Assembly (NCBI GenBank): GCA_965227515.1
Contig: CBDDFZ010000002.1
Span: forward strand, 1,120,001-1,184,000
Reading direction: 5' to 3'
DNA: 64,000 nucleotides
Origin: Alphaproteobacteria bacterium
Lineage (GTDB): Bacteria > Pseudomonadota > Alphaproteobacteria > CALKHQ01
Shown here: positions 11,009 to 21,156 of the stretch, in pieces
How positions within the stretch are numbered: the stretch's first letter is position 1
Layout of the letters: every line of letters starts with the position of its first letter
Made by a program: the position numbers and the translations under genes
Notes under the pieces: model-generated
The model's database searches: none
Told to the model about the DNA's origin: nothing
Seen by the model: the letters and a program-made list of their open reading frames with translations, nothing else

Positions 11009-11129
11009 AAAAAAAACGCTGCGACAAGCGCACATGCCCGAGCGATCTCGGGTACGCACGTGTCGGCAGCGTTGCCGGCGCCCGCCGTTGGGCGCGTTAA
11101 TTGTCTGGGGTGTGGCCGCCTTTAGCCAC
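11009..11129 (-). promoter_or_regulatory. ANTAR (NasT) antitermination leader: three hexaloop hairpins and an overlapping intrinsic terminator
   Basis: On the minus strand: GTGGCT-AAAGGC-GGCCAC (11112-11129), GCGCCC-AACGGC-GGGCGC (11078-11095) and CGGC-AACGCT-GCCG (11064-11077). Terminator stem AACGCTG..CGACA/TGTCG.CAGCGTT with a U run at 11009-11016. Confidence 0.85.
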
Positions 11130-11141
11130 GCAATCAGTGCA

Positions 11142-11156
11142 GCAACATCCGTGCCA
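11142..11156 (-). promoter_or_regulatory. Sigma54 -24/-12 promoter of the nitrate transport/reduction operon
   Basis: TGGCAC-GGATG-TTGC on the minus strand, directly upstream of the ANTAR leader. Confidence 0.88.
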
Positions 11157-11224
11157 AACCGGACGAATCCGGCAAACTATTGAAGTGCGGGAATTAATTC
11201 GGCTCCAGGTCGGGTGGGCGCGGT

Positions 11225-11259
11225 TGCATGATCTTGTTGCGCTGCACAAGAATCTGGCA
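11225..11259. promoter_or_regulatory. Putative tandem NtrC-type enhancer sites
   Basis: TGCATGATCTTGTTGCG and TGCACAAGAATCTGGCA resemble the 17-bp TGCAC-N7-GTGCA consensus; 70-100 bp upstream of the sigma54 site. Confidence 0.55.
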
Positions 11260-11309
11260 GCGGCTGCCAGCCGCGCATGCATAAGACGCTCTCCGGCAAG
11301 GGCGCCCCG

Positions 11310-12551
11310 TCAGTCGATACCGAGTTCCGTCAGGTAGGCGCGTGCGTCGCGCGGGTCGAAGACGGTGCCGTCGAAGAAGCCATCGGGACCAATGTTCAGC
11401 AAGCCGAGAACGCCTGGGATTTGGGCGCCCTGACTGGCGGCCCCCTCAACCTTCCAGTCGTCGGCCGGCATGTTGATCTCGGCGGCGCTCAAAGCATCTC
11501 GGCACAGGTCCGGGCGGAACACGTCGCGCGCCCTTGCCGCCAGGTCGTCGGACCAGCCCACCTGGCCCCACCGCACCATCTGGGTGAACAGCCAGGTCGC
11601 ATGGCTCTGCCACGGGAAGGTCGCCGCACCCCGCGCGAAGGCGATGTAGTCGCCGATCTGGCGCGGCTCGGCGCCGGCGGTGCGGACCCGGCCCTCCAGC
11701 ACGTCGGCGATGATGTCCGCAGGTACGCCGACCAGGGATTCGCGGGCCAGCAGTTCGGCCAGGGTGCGCCGGTTCGCCGGGTTGTCGGCCCAGATCGCGG
11801 CACGCTGGCAGGCCCGCACCAGGGCCGCCAGTGTGCGCGGGTTGGCGTCGGCCCAGTCCTTGCGCATGCCGAGCGCCTTGTCCGGGCTGCCGCGCCATAT
11901 CTGGGCCGTGGCGGCGACGATCTGGCCGGTGCCGGCGCTGACCGCGAGCGTGTTCCAGGGCTCGCCGGCGCAGAAGCCGTCGACCCGGCCCGAGGCCAGG
12001 GCATCGCCCATCAAGGGTGGCGGCAACACGATGAGTTCGACGTCTCGATCCGGGTCGATGCCGGAGGCCGCCAGCCAGTAGCGCAGCTCGTAATTGTGGC
12101 TGGAGAACGGGTAGACGATGGCGAGCACTGGCTTGGCGCTACCGGCTTCGCGCCGCCGGCGAACGGCGGCCGCCAGTGCCCGCCCGACGGTCTCAGGCGC
12201 ATCCAGCGAGATCGCGCCCCCACCCATCTCAGCGAACAGGGCGTTGCTGACGGTAATGGCGTTACCGCCCGCGCCCAGCATCATCGGCGCCACCATCGGC
12301 TGCTGCAGGTAGTTGATGCCCAGCGTTGCGGCGATCGGCATGCCGGCCAGCATCTGCGCCGCGTCCAGATGGCCGACGAAGATGCGGTCGCGCACGTTCG
12401 CCCACGAGATCTCGCGCACCAGCTCCAGGCGGATGCCTTCCTCGGCCGCGAACCCCAGCGCATCGGCGACCGCGACGACGGCGCAGTCGACCAGCGGGAC
12501 GAAGCCCACCCGCACCACCTTGCGCTCCGGCGGCTGGGCACGCGCGCTCAT
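11310..12551 (-). CDS. nasS: Cytoplasmic nitrate sensor (NrtA-like)
   Basis: [32 protein letters not shown]; no signal peptide; coupled to nasT. Confidence 0.85.
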   Translation of the reverse strand: MSARAQPPERKVVRVGFVPLVDCAVVAVADALGFAAEEGIRLELVREISWANVRDRIFVGHLDAAQMLAGMPIAATLGINYLQQPMVAPMMLGAGGNAITVSNALFAEMGGGAISLDAPETVGRALAAAVRRRREAGSAKPVLAIVYPFSSHNYELRYWLAASGIDPDRDVELIVLPPPLMGDALASGRVDGFCAGEPWNTLAVSAGTGQIVAATAQIWRGSPDKALGMRKDWADANPRTLAALVRACQRAAIWADNPANRRTLAELLARESLVGVPADIIADVLEGRVRTAGAEPRQIGDYIAFARGAATFPWQSHATWLFTQMVRWGQVGWSDDLAARARDVFRPDLCRDALSAAEINMPADDWKVEGAASQGAQIPGVLGLLNIGPDGFFDGTVFDPRDARAYLTELGID

Positions 12552-13147
12552 ACCCGGTCCCCTAACAGGTCGGCCGCCGTGACCAGGCTTTGCGCCACTT
12601 CCACAAGGCGTTGGTTCTGGTTCATGGCATTGCGGCGCAACAGGGCATAGGCCTCCTCCTCGCCGATGTTGCGGGCCTTCATCAGCAAACCCTTGGCGCG
12701 CTCGATCAGCTTGCGCTCGGCAAGCTGGGTGCGCGCATCGTCCAGCTCGCGCCGCAGCCGGCGGAACGCATCGAAGCGGTGGATCGCCATGTCGGCGATG
12801 GTGCGCACTCGTTCCTTCTGCAAGCCGTTGACGACGTAGGCCGACACGCCGGCCTCGATGGCGGCGCGGGTCATGTCGGGGTCGGAGTGGTCGACGAACA
12901 TCCCGACCGGACGGTCGCCGGACCGGCTCGCCCGCAGCACCTGTTCCAGTGCGTCGCGGCTGGGATTCTCGATCGCGATCAGGATGACGTCGGGATCGAT
13001 GGCGCTGACCCGCGCCTCCAGGTTGCGCATATCGGAAATGCGCTCGATCGTGCAGTCGGCGCCCTCGCGCAGGCCCTCCTCGATGATCGAGGCGCGGATC
13101 GGCTCGTCATCTATGATCAGAACCCGCAGGTGAGAGGCTGAGCCCAT
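12548..13147 (-). CDS. nasT: ANTAR-domain response regulator
   Basis: Pseudo-receiver domain plus ERKLIERAKGLLM...EEEAYALLRRNAM ANTAR motif. Confidence 0.9.
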   Translation of the reverse strand: MGSASHLRVLIIDDEPIRASIIEEGLREGADCTIERISDMRNLEARVSAIDPDVILIAIENPSRDALEQVLRASRSGDRPVGMFVDHSDPDMTRAAIEAGVSAYVVNGLQKERVRTIADMAIHRFDAFRRLRRELDDARTQLAERKLIERAKGLLMKARNIGEEEAYALLRRNAMNQNQRLVEVAQSLVTAADLLGDRV

Positions 13148-13302
13148 TGCTACCTATCGACCGAACCGAAATGTCGCGCCGGTCGAAGCAATAACCGCGC
13201 CATGGTCGCCGGCCCGGAGCGGCACCTGGATGGCGCGGCCCGTGCATGGGAGCGGTGCAATGAAGATCGACGGTCCAGGCAAGCTGCAATAGCATTGAGC
13301 GC

Positions 13303-14031
13303 ATGAGCGACATCAGAGTTTCACGCGACAAGACCGGGAACGGCCAGCAGAAGCGCACCCGGGCCGAGACGCTGCGCGATGCGCTGATGGACGCCATCAT
13401 CGCCGGGCGCTACCCCCCGGGCCACCGCCTGGACGAGATGGAGCTGGCGGAGGCCTTCGAGGTCTCCCGCACGCCGGTTCGCGAGGCGCTCAAGCAACTG
13501 GCGGCCATGGACATGATCGACCTGCGGCCGCACCGCGGCGCGGTGGTCAGCGATCATCCGCCGGAACGGGTGGCCGAGCTGTTCGAGGCGCTGGCGGAGA
13601 ACGAGGCCGCGTGCGCGCGCCTGGCCGCGATCAAGATGGGAACCAGCGAGCGCGAAGCGCTGGAAAGCCACCATGCCGCCTGCCGCGCCGCCATGCAGGC
13701 CAACCAGATCGACCGCATCTACGACACCAACAAGGCGTTCCACGAGGCGATCTATGCCGGCGCCCACAATGCGTTTCTCGCCGAGCAGGTGCATTCCCTT
13801 CGGCGGCGGCTGGCGCCGTTCACCCGTGCGCAGTTCCGGCGCTCGGGCCGCCCCACCCATTCCGCCGACGAGCACGACGCGGTGATGACGGCGCTGCGCA
13901 ACCGCAGCGGCACGGCGGCGGAGGAAGCCATGCGCCAGCACATCAGGCTGATTGCCCAGACCTACGTCGCATACCAGTTGGAGCTTGGCAGCCAGTCGCT
14001 TCAGGACCTCGTTGTCGCCAAGGAGGCCTGA
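13303..14031 (+). CDS. GntR/FCD family transcriptional regulator
   Basis: LAEAFEVSRTPVREAL HTH and FCD-type N..FH...EH motifs; converges on atzF. Confidence 0.9.
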   Translation: MSDIRVSRDKTGNGQQKRTRAETLRDALMDAIIAGRYPPGHRLDEMELAEAFEVSRTPVREALKQLAAMDMIDLRPHRGAVVSDHPPERVAELFEALAENEAACARLAAIKMGTSEREALESHHAACRAAMQANQIDRIYDTNKAFHEAIYAGAHNAFLAEQVHSLRRRLAPFTRAQFRRSGRPTHSADEHDAVMTALRNRSGTAAEEAMRQHIRLIAQTYVAYQLELGSQSLQDLVVAKEA

Positions 14032-15824
14032 TAGGCGCGCCAGCCGCCGAACGCGGTGATGTCGCGCGCGCCATCCAGGGCCAGCGGCTCACAGATGAAG
14101 CCCTTGACCGCACGGCCGTCGGCCAGCTCCACGCTGCCGATGCCCAGCGGCGCCGGCACGGCGGCGGCGAAGCGGCCGAACGCCTCCGACGACAGGGCAT
14201 AGACCTCCACGTCGATCGCGCGCCCCTGGCCGGGCCCCACCCGCATCAGCCCCGGTTTCGGCGGTGTCGTGCCGTTGAGCGCAAACAGGCGATAGGCATC
14301 CGCCGTGGTGGTCGATGCCTGCAACGTCGCCCCCAATGCCGCCAGTTCGCCGGCCAGCGGCTCGCCGCTCAGGTGGGCGCCGACCACGGCCAGCAGCACG
14401 CCGTCAGTGCTCGCGGTTTGCGACGGTGACGGCAGTTGCTGGCCTGTCGCCCCCAAGGGCAGTCCCGTGGCGCGCTGCCAGCCGCCGCCCAATCGCGCCA
14501 GCGCCGCATCGTGGAAAGCCGGCGCAATGAACGTGACGCCCGCCGGCAATCCGTTCGGCAGGAAACCGTTGGGCAGCGCGATGGCGCTGAGGTCCAGCAG
14601 GTTGACGAAATTGGTATAGGTACCCAGCCGGCTGTTGAGCAGCACCGGCTCCGCAGCCTCTTCGGCGACGGTGTAGATGGTCGGCGACGTTGGCACGAGC
14701 ATGACGTCGATGTCGTGCCAGACATTCGCACAGACCCGCCGCAGGTCCTCGAGCCGATACATGCTCTTGAAAGCGTGGACGGCGGAAATGTCGGCGGCGC
14801 CACCGATGATCTGGCGGGTCACCGGCCACAGGCTGTCGGCATGGCCGGCAATGAAGTCCTCCACCGCCGCCAGCCGTTCGGCGACCCACGGCCCCTGATA
14901 CAGCAGGGCCGCCACCTCGGCGAACGGCGCGAAGTCTATCTCGGTGACGGTTGCTCCGAGCGACCTGGCCCGCGCCGCCGCATCCGCAAACAGGGCCTCG
15001 GTCTCGGCATCGCCATCGAAGAACAGGTCCTGCGGTTTCGGAACGCCGATCTGCAGACCCGACCAGACAAGATCCCCCACGTCCTGCCTGACGCGCGAAT
15101 AGGCATCGGCGGCATCGTACTGGGCCGCGACGGAGAGCACGCGAGACGCATCCTCCGCCGTCAGCGCGAAGATGGAGACGCAGTCCAGCGTGCGGCAGGC
15201 CGGCACAACGCCGGAGCACGAGATCAGGCCGCGGCTGGGCTTCAGCCCCACGATGTTGTTGAAGCCGGCGGGCACCCGGCCGGAGCCCGCGGTGTCGGTG
15301 CCAAAGGCGAAGCTGACCAGGCCGGAGGACACCGCCACCGCCGATCCGGAGCTCGACCCACCGGGCAGATAGTCCGCATCGAACGCGTTGCGGGCGACGC
15401 CATATGGCGTTCGGGTGCCGACCAGGCCGGTCGCGAACTGGTCGAGGTTGGTCTTGCCGACCAGCATGGCGCCGGCCGCGATGAGATGGGCAACGGCGGG
15501 CGCCGTCGCCTCGGCGACATAGGCGAAGTCGGGGCACGCCGCCGTGGTCGTCATGCCCGCCACGTCGATATTGTCCTTCACCGCGAAGGGCACGCCATAG
15601 AGCGGCAGCGCCGCGCGCTCCGCCGGGCCGAGTGCGTCGAGCGCCGCGGCCCGGTCCATGAGCGCCTGGTCGTCCGCACGTGAGATCCAGACCGCGTCGT
15701 CGCCGGCTGCCGCGATGCGCGAGAGGATGTCTGCCGCCACGGTGCCGGGGGATGCCGCGCCGGTCAGATAGCTGCGCTTGAGCGTGGCCAGGTCCAGGCT
15801 CATCGGTGCTTCGCTCACGGTCAT
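14001..15824 (-). CDS. atzF: Allophanate hydrolase
   Basis: Amidase signature AVKDNID, GGSSSGSA, GTDTAGSGRVPA; C-terminal LAVVGAHLSG domain. Start is 15824 or 15803. Confidence 0.93.
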   Translation of the reverse strand: MTVSEAPMSLDLATLKRSYLTGAASPGTVAADILSRIAAAGDDAVWISRADDQALMDRAAALDALGPAERAALPLYGVPFAVKDNIDVAGMTTTAACPDFAYVAEATAPAVAHLIAAGAMLVGKTNLDQFATGLVGTRTPYGVARNAFDADYLPGGSSSGSAVAVSSGLVSFAFGTDTAGSGRVPAGFNNIVGLKPSRGLISCSGVVPACRTLDCVSIFALTAEDASRVLSVAAQYDAADAYSRVRQDVGDLVWSGLQIGVPKPQDLFFDGDAETEALFADAAARARSLGATVTEIDFAPFAEVAALLYQGPWVAERLAAVEDFIAGHADSLWPVTRQIIGGAADISAVHAFKSMYRLEDLRRVCANVWHDIDVMLVPTSPTIYTVAEEAAEPVLLNSRLGTYTNFVNLLDLSAIALPNGFLPNGLPAGVTFIAPAFHDAALARLGGGWQRATGLPLGATGQQLPSPSQTASTDGVLLAVVGAHLSGEPLAGELAALGATLQASTTTADAYRLFALNGTTPPKPGLMRVGPGQGRAIDVEVYALSSEAFGRFAAAVPAPLGIGSVELADGRAVKGFICEPLALDGARDITAFGGWRAYQASLATTRS

Positions 15825-15902
15825 CCCCTTCGTTGTTCCCTCCTCCACGCGTGGCGGCCCGCCCAGCACTGCTGACCCGTCAATCTGCCCACGTGGCGAT
15901 AG

Positions 15903-15914
15903 ATTGTATGCAAT
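15903..15914. promoter_or_regulatory. Putative GntR/FadR-type operator (atzF side)
   Basis: Near-palindrome ATTGTATGCAAT; its reverse complement recurs at 16043-16054. Confidence 0.65.
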
Positions 15915-15990
15915 TTGAATACCACGCCGCGATCTCGCGCCGAACCTCGATCTCCACACGTGCCTTGGAAAGCCCTGTAGGGCGCAAGAA

Positions 15991-16025
15991 TGCCCGTATT
16001 TTGTGCGATGCCCGAAGATTGGTCA
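15991..16025. promoter_or_regulatory. Putative tandem NtrC-type enhancer sites
   Basis: TGCCCGTATTTTGTGCG and TGCCCGAAGATTGGTCA, with the same 18-bp period as the pair at 11225-11259. Confidence 0.5.
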
Positions 16026-16042
16026 ATTTTGGCCGTCCACAG

Positions 16043-16054
16043 ATTGCATACAAT
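16043..16054. promoter_or_regulatory. Putative GntR/FadR-type operator (transporter side)
   Basis: ATTGCATACAAT, lying between the enhancer-like sites and the sigma54 promoter. Confidence 0.65.
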
Positions 16055-16079
16055 CCAGAAAAAGTCGCCCGCTTCGAGT

Positions 16080-16094
16080 TGGCACGTCGATTGC
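16080..16094 (+). promoter_or_regulatory. Sigma54 -24/-12 promoter of the biuret/cyanuric acid operon
   Basis: TGGCAC-GTCGA-TTGC, about 100 bp upstream of the BMP gene. Confidence 0.88.
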
Positions 16095-16193
16095 TGAGCA
16101 GTTGTCAGAAGTGGATCGGACTGCGGGCGCATGGCGCGCTCATGGCCGGCCGATGGCGCGACAAGCCGCGCTCGGACAGCGACTACGGAGGGG

Positions 16194-17336
16194 ATGATGA
16201 AAGCAACAGGATCGACCCGACATGGCCTCAGCCGCCGCAGCGTGCTGCGCGGTGCCGGCGCGGCGGCAGGCGCCGGCGTTCTTGGCTCGGCCTTGCCGAT
16301 GCGCCGCGCCTACGCGGACGACCTGACCGTCGGCTTTATCTATGTCGGGCCGAAGGACGACTATGGCTACAACCAGGCCCACGCCGAGGGGGCGGCCGCG
16401 ATCAAGGATATCGAGGGCCTGACCCTGGTCGAGGAAGAGAACGTGGCCGAGACCATCGACGTCGAGAAGTCGATGGAGAGCATGATCAATTTCGACGGCG
16501 CGACGCTCCTGTTCCCAACGTCGTTCGGCTATTTCGACCCGCACATGCTGAAGATGTGCGAGTCCTATCCGGACTTGCAGTTCCGCCACTGCGGCGGGCT
16601 GTGGAACGCCGACGCCCACCCCGCCAACGCCGGCTCGTACTTCGGCTATATCGGCATGGGCCAGTACCTGAACGGCATTGTCGCCGGCCACATGTCGCAG
16701 ACCAAGAAGCTGGGCTTCGTCGCCGCCAAGCCGATCCCGCAGGTGCTGCTGAACGTGAACAGCTTCACGCTTGGCGCGCGCAGCGTCGACCCGTCGATCA
16801 CCACCCAGGTGATCTTCACCGGTGAGTGGTCGATGCCGGTCAAGGAGGCGGAGGCAACCAACGCGCTGATCGACCAAGGCGCGGATGTGGTGACCTGCCA
16901 CGTCGACGGTCCGAAGGTGGTGATCGAGACGTCCGAGCGCCGCGGCATCTACACCTGCGGCTACCACGCCAATCAGGCACCGCTGGCGCCCAACGGCTAC
17001 CTGACCGGCGCCGAATGGAATTGGGCCGAAGTCTACAAGATGTTCGTCGAGACCATGATGGCGGGCGAGGCGTTGCCGAACTTCGTGCGCGGCGGCCTGG
17101 CCGAGGGCTTCATCAAGACCAGCCCCTACGGACCCGCGGTGACGCCCGAGGCGGCGGCCCATGCCGACGCGGTGAAAGAAGAGATCATGGCTGGCGGATT
17201 CTCGGTCATCAAGGGCCCGCTCAGCGACAACGAGGGCAACATGGTGGTGGCGGACGGTACCGCGTTCGAGGAGACCGCCATCGAGCTTGAGAGCATGGAC
17301 TACCTGGTCGAGGGCGTCGTCGGCTCGACGAGCTGA
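16194..17336 (+). CDS. BMP-family ABC substrate-binding protein with Tat signal
   Basis: SRRSVLR twin-arginine leader; VGFIYVGPKDDYGYNQAH; GGAGGGG RBS. Confidence 0.9.
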   Translation: MMKATGSTRHGLSRRSVLRGAGAAAGAGVLGSALPMRRAYADDLTVGFIYVGPKDDYGYNQAHAEGAAAIKDIEGLTLVEEENVAETIDVEKSMESMINFDGATLLFPTSFGYFDPHMLKMCESYPDLQFRHCGGLWNADAHPANAGSYFGYIGMGQYLNGIVAGHMSQTKKLGFVAAKPIPQVLLNVNSFTLGARSVDPSITTQVIFTGEWSMPVKEAEATNALIDQGADVVTCHVDGPKVVIETSERRGIYTCGYHANQAPLAPNGYLTGAEWNWAEVYKMFVETMMAGEALPNFVRGGLAEGFIKTSPYGPAVTPEAAAHADAVKEEIMAGGFSVIKGPLSDNEGNMVVADGTAFEETAIELESMDYLVEGVVGSTS

Positions 17337-17365
17337 CGCGGCGCCCGGCGGATCGGGTCCCGAAG

Positions 17366-18487
17366 ATGGCCGACGCGACGTTCACGCAGGTGACCGGCGC
17401 TGCCACGCCGGGCACGGCACCGTCCGACCGCACGGTCCGCCTGAAGAAGGCGGCCGAGGCGGTGGCGGTGCCGGCGCTTGCCCTCGTCGTGTCCGCCATC
17501 ATCTTCGCCATCTTCCTGGCCGCCCTGGGCCATTCGCCGATCGAGTTCTACGAGCTGATGTTCCAGGGCGGCTTCGGCACCTGGTTCTCGTGGCAGAACA
17601 CGTTGCAGCGCGCCGCGCCGTTCCTGCTGACGGCGCTGTGCGTGGCGGTGCCGGCGCAGCTTGGCATGGTCGTTATCGGCGGCGAAGGGGCATTGGTGCT
17701 AGGGGGCCTCGCCGCCGCCGCCATCGCGATCCCGCTGCAGGGCGCCGACCCTGTGATCGTCCAGATCGGCATGGCGGTGGCGGCGATGGTCCTGGGCGGC
17801 CTGTGGATCGGCCTCGTCGGCGTGCTGCGCCACAAGCGCGGCGTCAACGAGACCATTGCCAGCCTGCTGCTCGCCTACATCGCCATTGCGCTGATGAACC
17901 ATTTCGTCGAAGGGCCGCTGCGCGATCCGGAGAGCCTGAACAAGCCGTCCACCGACCACATCGGCGAGGCCAACATGATGGGCCAGATCCCCGGCATGGA
18001 CGTGCATTGGGGGCTGGTCATCGGCGCGATCGCCTGCGTGCTGCTTTGGGTGTTGATCAGCCGCACCACAATCGGCTTCGCCGCGCGCATGGCCGGCGGC
18101 AACGTGCGCGCCGCATTGTTGCAAGGCCTGCCGGTCGGATGGCTGGTCATCGGCTTCTGCGTCATCGCCGGCGCCTGCGCCGGGCTTGCCGGCATGATCG
18201 AGGTCGCCGCCGTGCACGGCCGCGCCAACGCCTCGCTGATCGCCGGCTACGGCTATACCGGCATCCTGGTCGCGTTCCTGGCCCGCCACAACCCGCTCGC
18301 GATCATCCCGGTCGCGATCCTGTTCGGCGGCATCACCGCGTCGGGCGGCCTGATCCAGCGCCGCATGGACCTGCCGGACGCCACCGTGCTGGTGCTGCAG
18401 GGCGTGATCTTCGTCGTCATCCTGGTCGGCGAGACGCTGTACGGCCGGTTCCGCATCTTCCAACCGAAACGCCTGGACGAGCGCTGA
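17366..18487 (+). CDS. ABC transporter permease (nucleoside/BMP type)
   Basis: IGGEGALVLG, GVNETIASLL, GYGYTGILVAFLARHNP. Confidence 0.9.
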   Translation: MADATFTQVTGAATPGTAPSDRTVRLKKAAEAVAVPALALVVSAIIFAIFLAALGHSPIEFYELMFQGGFGTWFSWQNTLQRAAPFLLTALCVAVPAQLGMVVIGGEGALVLGGLAAAAIAIPLQGADPVIVQIGMAVAAMVLGGLWIGLVGVLRHKRGVNETIASLLLAYIAIALMNHFVEGPLRDPESLNKPSTDHIGEANMMGQIPGMDVHWGLVIGAIACVLLWVLISRTTIGFAARMAGGNVRAALLQGLPVGWLVIGFCVIAGACAGLAGMIEVAAVHGRANASLIAGYGYTGILVAFLARHNPLAIIPVAILFGGITASGGLIQRRMDLPDATVLVLQGVIFVVILVGETLYGRFRIFQPKRLDER

Positions 18488-18490
18488 GCC

Positions 18491-19426
18491 ATGGAAACCG
18501 CCGTAGCCGTCGATATCGGATGGTGGGGGGTGCCGCTGGCGGTGCTGGCCGGCGCGATCCGGGTGTCGACCCCATTCCTGTTCGTCAGCCTGGGCGAGTG
18601 CCTGACCGAGAAGAGCGGGCGCATCAATCTGGGGCTGGAAGGCACCCTGGTGCTGGGCGCGATGTCGGCCTACGCCATCTCCTACGAGACCGGCTCGCCC
18701 TGGCTGGGCACCCTGTTCGCCGGCATCGTCGGCTCGATGTTCGGCGCGCTGCACGGCTATATCTGCAAGTTCCCCAAGGTCAACGACATCGCCATCGGCA
18801 TCGCCTTGATGCTGCTCGGCACCGGTTTGGCGTTCTTCTTCGGCAAGCCCTACATCCAGCCGACCGCGCCGATCCTGCCGGCGATCCCGCTCGGCTGGTG
18901 GTCGGACATCCCGCAGGTGCGTTCGGCCCTCGACATCAACGTGCTGTTCGTCATCGGCATCGCGGTCGCCTTCGTGATGGCCTGGATGTTCCGCAACACG
19001 CGCGTCGGGCTCATCGTGCGGATGACGGGCGACAGCGCGGATGCGGCGCGCGCCATGGGCTATTCGGTCGACATGGTGCGCTTCCTCGCCACCATGGCCG
19101 GCGGCTTCCTGGCCGGCATCGGCGGGGCGTTCCTGTCGCTCTACTACCCCGGCAGCTGGAACGAGGGCCTGTCGTCGGGCCAGGGCCTGATGGCGGTGGC
19201 ACTGGTGATCTTCGCGCGCTGGGACCCGAAGCTCTGTTTCCTGGCGGCACTGCTGTTCGGCGGCGCCGGCGCGCTGGGCCCGGCCCTGCAGTCGGTCGGC
19301 GTGTCCGAAGGGTACTACCTGTTCAACGCAGCGCCCTACGTGCTGACGCTGGCGATCATGATCCTGACCGTGTCGCCGCGCCGCAATCTGGCCGGCGCAC
19401 CCGGCGAATTGTCGATTACCAAGTGA
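18491..19426 (+). CDS. ABC transporter permease (nucleoside/BMP type)
   Basis: EKSGRINLGLEG, GQGLMAVALVIFARW. Confidence 0.9.
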   Translation: METAVAVDIGWWGVPLAVLAGAIRVSTPFLFVSLGECLTEKSGRINLGLEGTLVLGAMSAYAISYETGSPWLGTLFAGIVGSMFGALHGYICKFPKVNDIAIGIALMLLGTGLAFFFGKPYIQPTAPILPAIPLGWWSDIPQVRSALDINVLFVIGIAVAFVMAWMFRNTRVGLIVRMTGDSADAARAMGYSVDMVRFLATMAGGFLAGIGGAFLSLYYPGSWNEGLSSGQGLMAVALVIFARWDPKLCFLAALLFGGAGALGPALQSVGVSEGYYLFNAAPYVLTLAIMILTVSPRRNLAGAPGELSITK

Positions 19427-19453
19427 CCGGCACCAAATGAGGGAGATGGCCGA

Positions 19454-20458
19454 ATGAGCGGACTGGGCGGGCTGAACAAGTCACCGGGCGGCGTGGTGGT
19501 AGGGCTGGTCCAGCTCCAGCTTCCGGTGGTGGACACGCCCGATCAGCTCGCGGCGCAAGCCGACAAGATCGTCGCCATGGTCGCCAAGGCACGGCGCGGC
19601 ATGCCGACCATGGACCTGGTCGTGTTCCCCGAATACGCGCTGCACGGGCTCTCCATGGCCACCGACCCGGCGATCATGTGCAGCCTGGACGGGCCGGAGG
19701 TCGCCGCGTTCAAGAAGGCCTGCGTCGATAACGCGATCTGGGGCTGCTTCTCGATCATGGAGGCGAATCCCGACGGCAACCCCTACAACTCCGGCCTGAT
19801 CATCGACGATACCGGCGAGATCCGGCTCTACTACCGCAAGCTCCACCCCTGGGTGCCCGTCGAGCCGTGGGAGCCCGGCGACCTGGGCATATCGGTCTGC
19901 GACGGGCCGAACGGCAGTCGTATCGGGCTGATCATCTGCCACGACGGCATGTTCCCGGAGATGGCGCGGGAGTGCGCGTACAAGGGTGCGGAGATCATGA
20001 TCCGCACCGCCGGCTACACCGCGCCGATCCGCCATGCCTGGCAAGTGACCAACCAGTCCAACGCCTTCTGCAACCTGATGGCCACCGCCAGCGTGTGCAT
20101 GTGCGGCAGCGACGGCACGTTCAACTCCATGGGCGAGGCGATGGTGTGCAATTTCGACGGCACAATCATGGTCGAGGGCAACGGGCTCGCCGACGAGATC
20201 GTCACCGCCGAGCTCAGGCCCGACCTGATCCGCGAGGCGCGGCGCGAATGGGCGGTGGAGAACAATATCTACCAGTTCGGCCACCGCGGATTCACCGCCG
20301 TGCTCGGCGGCGCGCAGGACTGTCCCTACACCTACATGCACGACCTTGCGGCGGGCCAGTACCGGCTGCCGTGGGAGGACGAGGTCAAGGTGACCGACGG
20401 GACGTCCTGCGGTTTTGCGGTGCCGAACCGCACCTACAAGCAAGCGATGAGCGAGTGA
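19454..20458 (+). CDS. amiF: Formamidase (nitrilase superfamily, AmiF type)
   Basis: Glu-Lys-Cys triad in [20 protein letters not shown] and ICHDGMFPE; the N-terminus [10 protein letters not shown] is typical of this clade. Confidence 0.8.
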   Translation: MSGLGGLNKSPGGVVVGLVQLQLPVVDTPDQLAAQADKIVAMVAKARRGMPTMDLVVFPEYALHGLSMATDPAIMCSLDGPEVAAFKKACVDNAIWGCFSIMEANPDGNPYNSGLIIDDTGEIRLYYRKLHPWVPVEPWEPGDLGISVCDGPNGSRIGLIICHDGMFPEMARECAYKGAEIMIRTAGYTAPIRHAWQVTNQSNAFCNLMATASVCMCGSDGTFNSMGEAMVCNFDGTIMVEGNGLADEIVTAELRPDLIREARREWAVENNIYQFGHRGFTAVLGGAQDCPYTYMHDLAAGQYRLPWEDEVKVTDGTSCGFAVPNRTYKQAMSE

Positions 20459-20472
20459 ACGGAGGCGCACCG

Positions 20473-21156
20473 GTGCCGGAGACCTACATTTCCGCCGACC
20501 CCTATCCCTGGCCCTACAACGGCGACCTGAGGCCGGAAAACACCGCGCTGGTGGTGATCGACATGCAGACCGACTTCTGCGGCGCGGGCGGCTATGTGGA
20601 TTCGATGGGCTACGACCTGTCGCTGACCCGCGCGCCGATCGAGCCGATCAGGAAGGTGCTCGGCGCGATGCGATCCAAGGGTTACCACATCTTCCACACG
20701 CGTGAGGGGCACCGGCCCGACCTCGCCGACCTGCCCGCCAACAAGCGCTGGCGCTCCCAACGCATCAATGCCGGCATCGGCGACCCCGGCCCGTGCGGGC
20801 GCATCCTGGTGCGCGGCGAGCCTGGCTGGGACATCATCCCGGAACTGGCGCCGCTTGACGGCGAGCCGGTCATCGACAAGCCCGGCAAGGGCACGTTCTG
20901 CGCCACCGATTTCGACATGATGCTGCGCCAGCGCGGCATCGAGAATATCGTGCTGACCGGCATCACTACCGACGTGTGCGTGCACACCACCATGCGCGAG
21001 GCCAACGACCGGGGTTATGAGTGCGTGCTGCTGGAGGACTGTTGCGGTGCCACCGACCGCAACAACCACCTCGCCGCGATCCAGATGATCAAGATGCAGG
21101 GCGGCGTATTCGGCAGTGTCTCGAACGCCGACGACTTCGTGGCCGGCCTGCCGTGA
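20473..21156 (+). CDS. biuH: Biuret hydrolase (isochorismatase family)
   Basis: GTG start after [52 protein letters not shown] and MQGGVFG match BiuH-type residues. Confidence 0.88.
   Translation: MPETYISADPYPWPYNGDLRPENTALVVIDMQTDFCGAGGYVDSMGYDLSLTRAPIEPIRKVLGAMRSKGYHIFHTREGHRPDLADLPANKRWRSQRINAGIGDPGPCGRILVRGEPGWDIIPELAPLDGEPVIDKPGKGTFCATDFDMMLRQRGIENIVLTGITTDVCVHTTMREANDRGYECVLLEDCCGATDRNNHLAAIQMIKMQGGVFGSVSNADDFVAGLP

Noticed and set aside
14001-14031. Convergent overlap of the GntR gene and atzF
   Set aside because: Short 3' overlaps are common in GC-rich genomes; no further signal.
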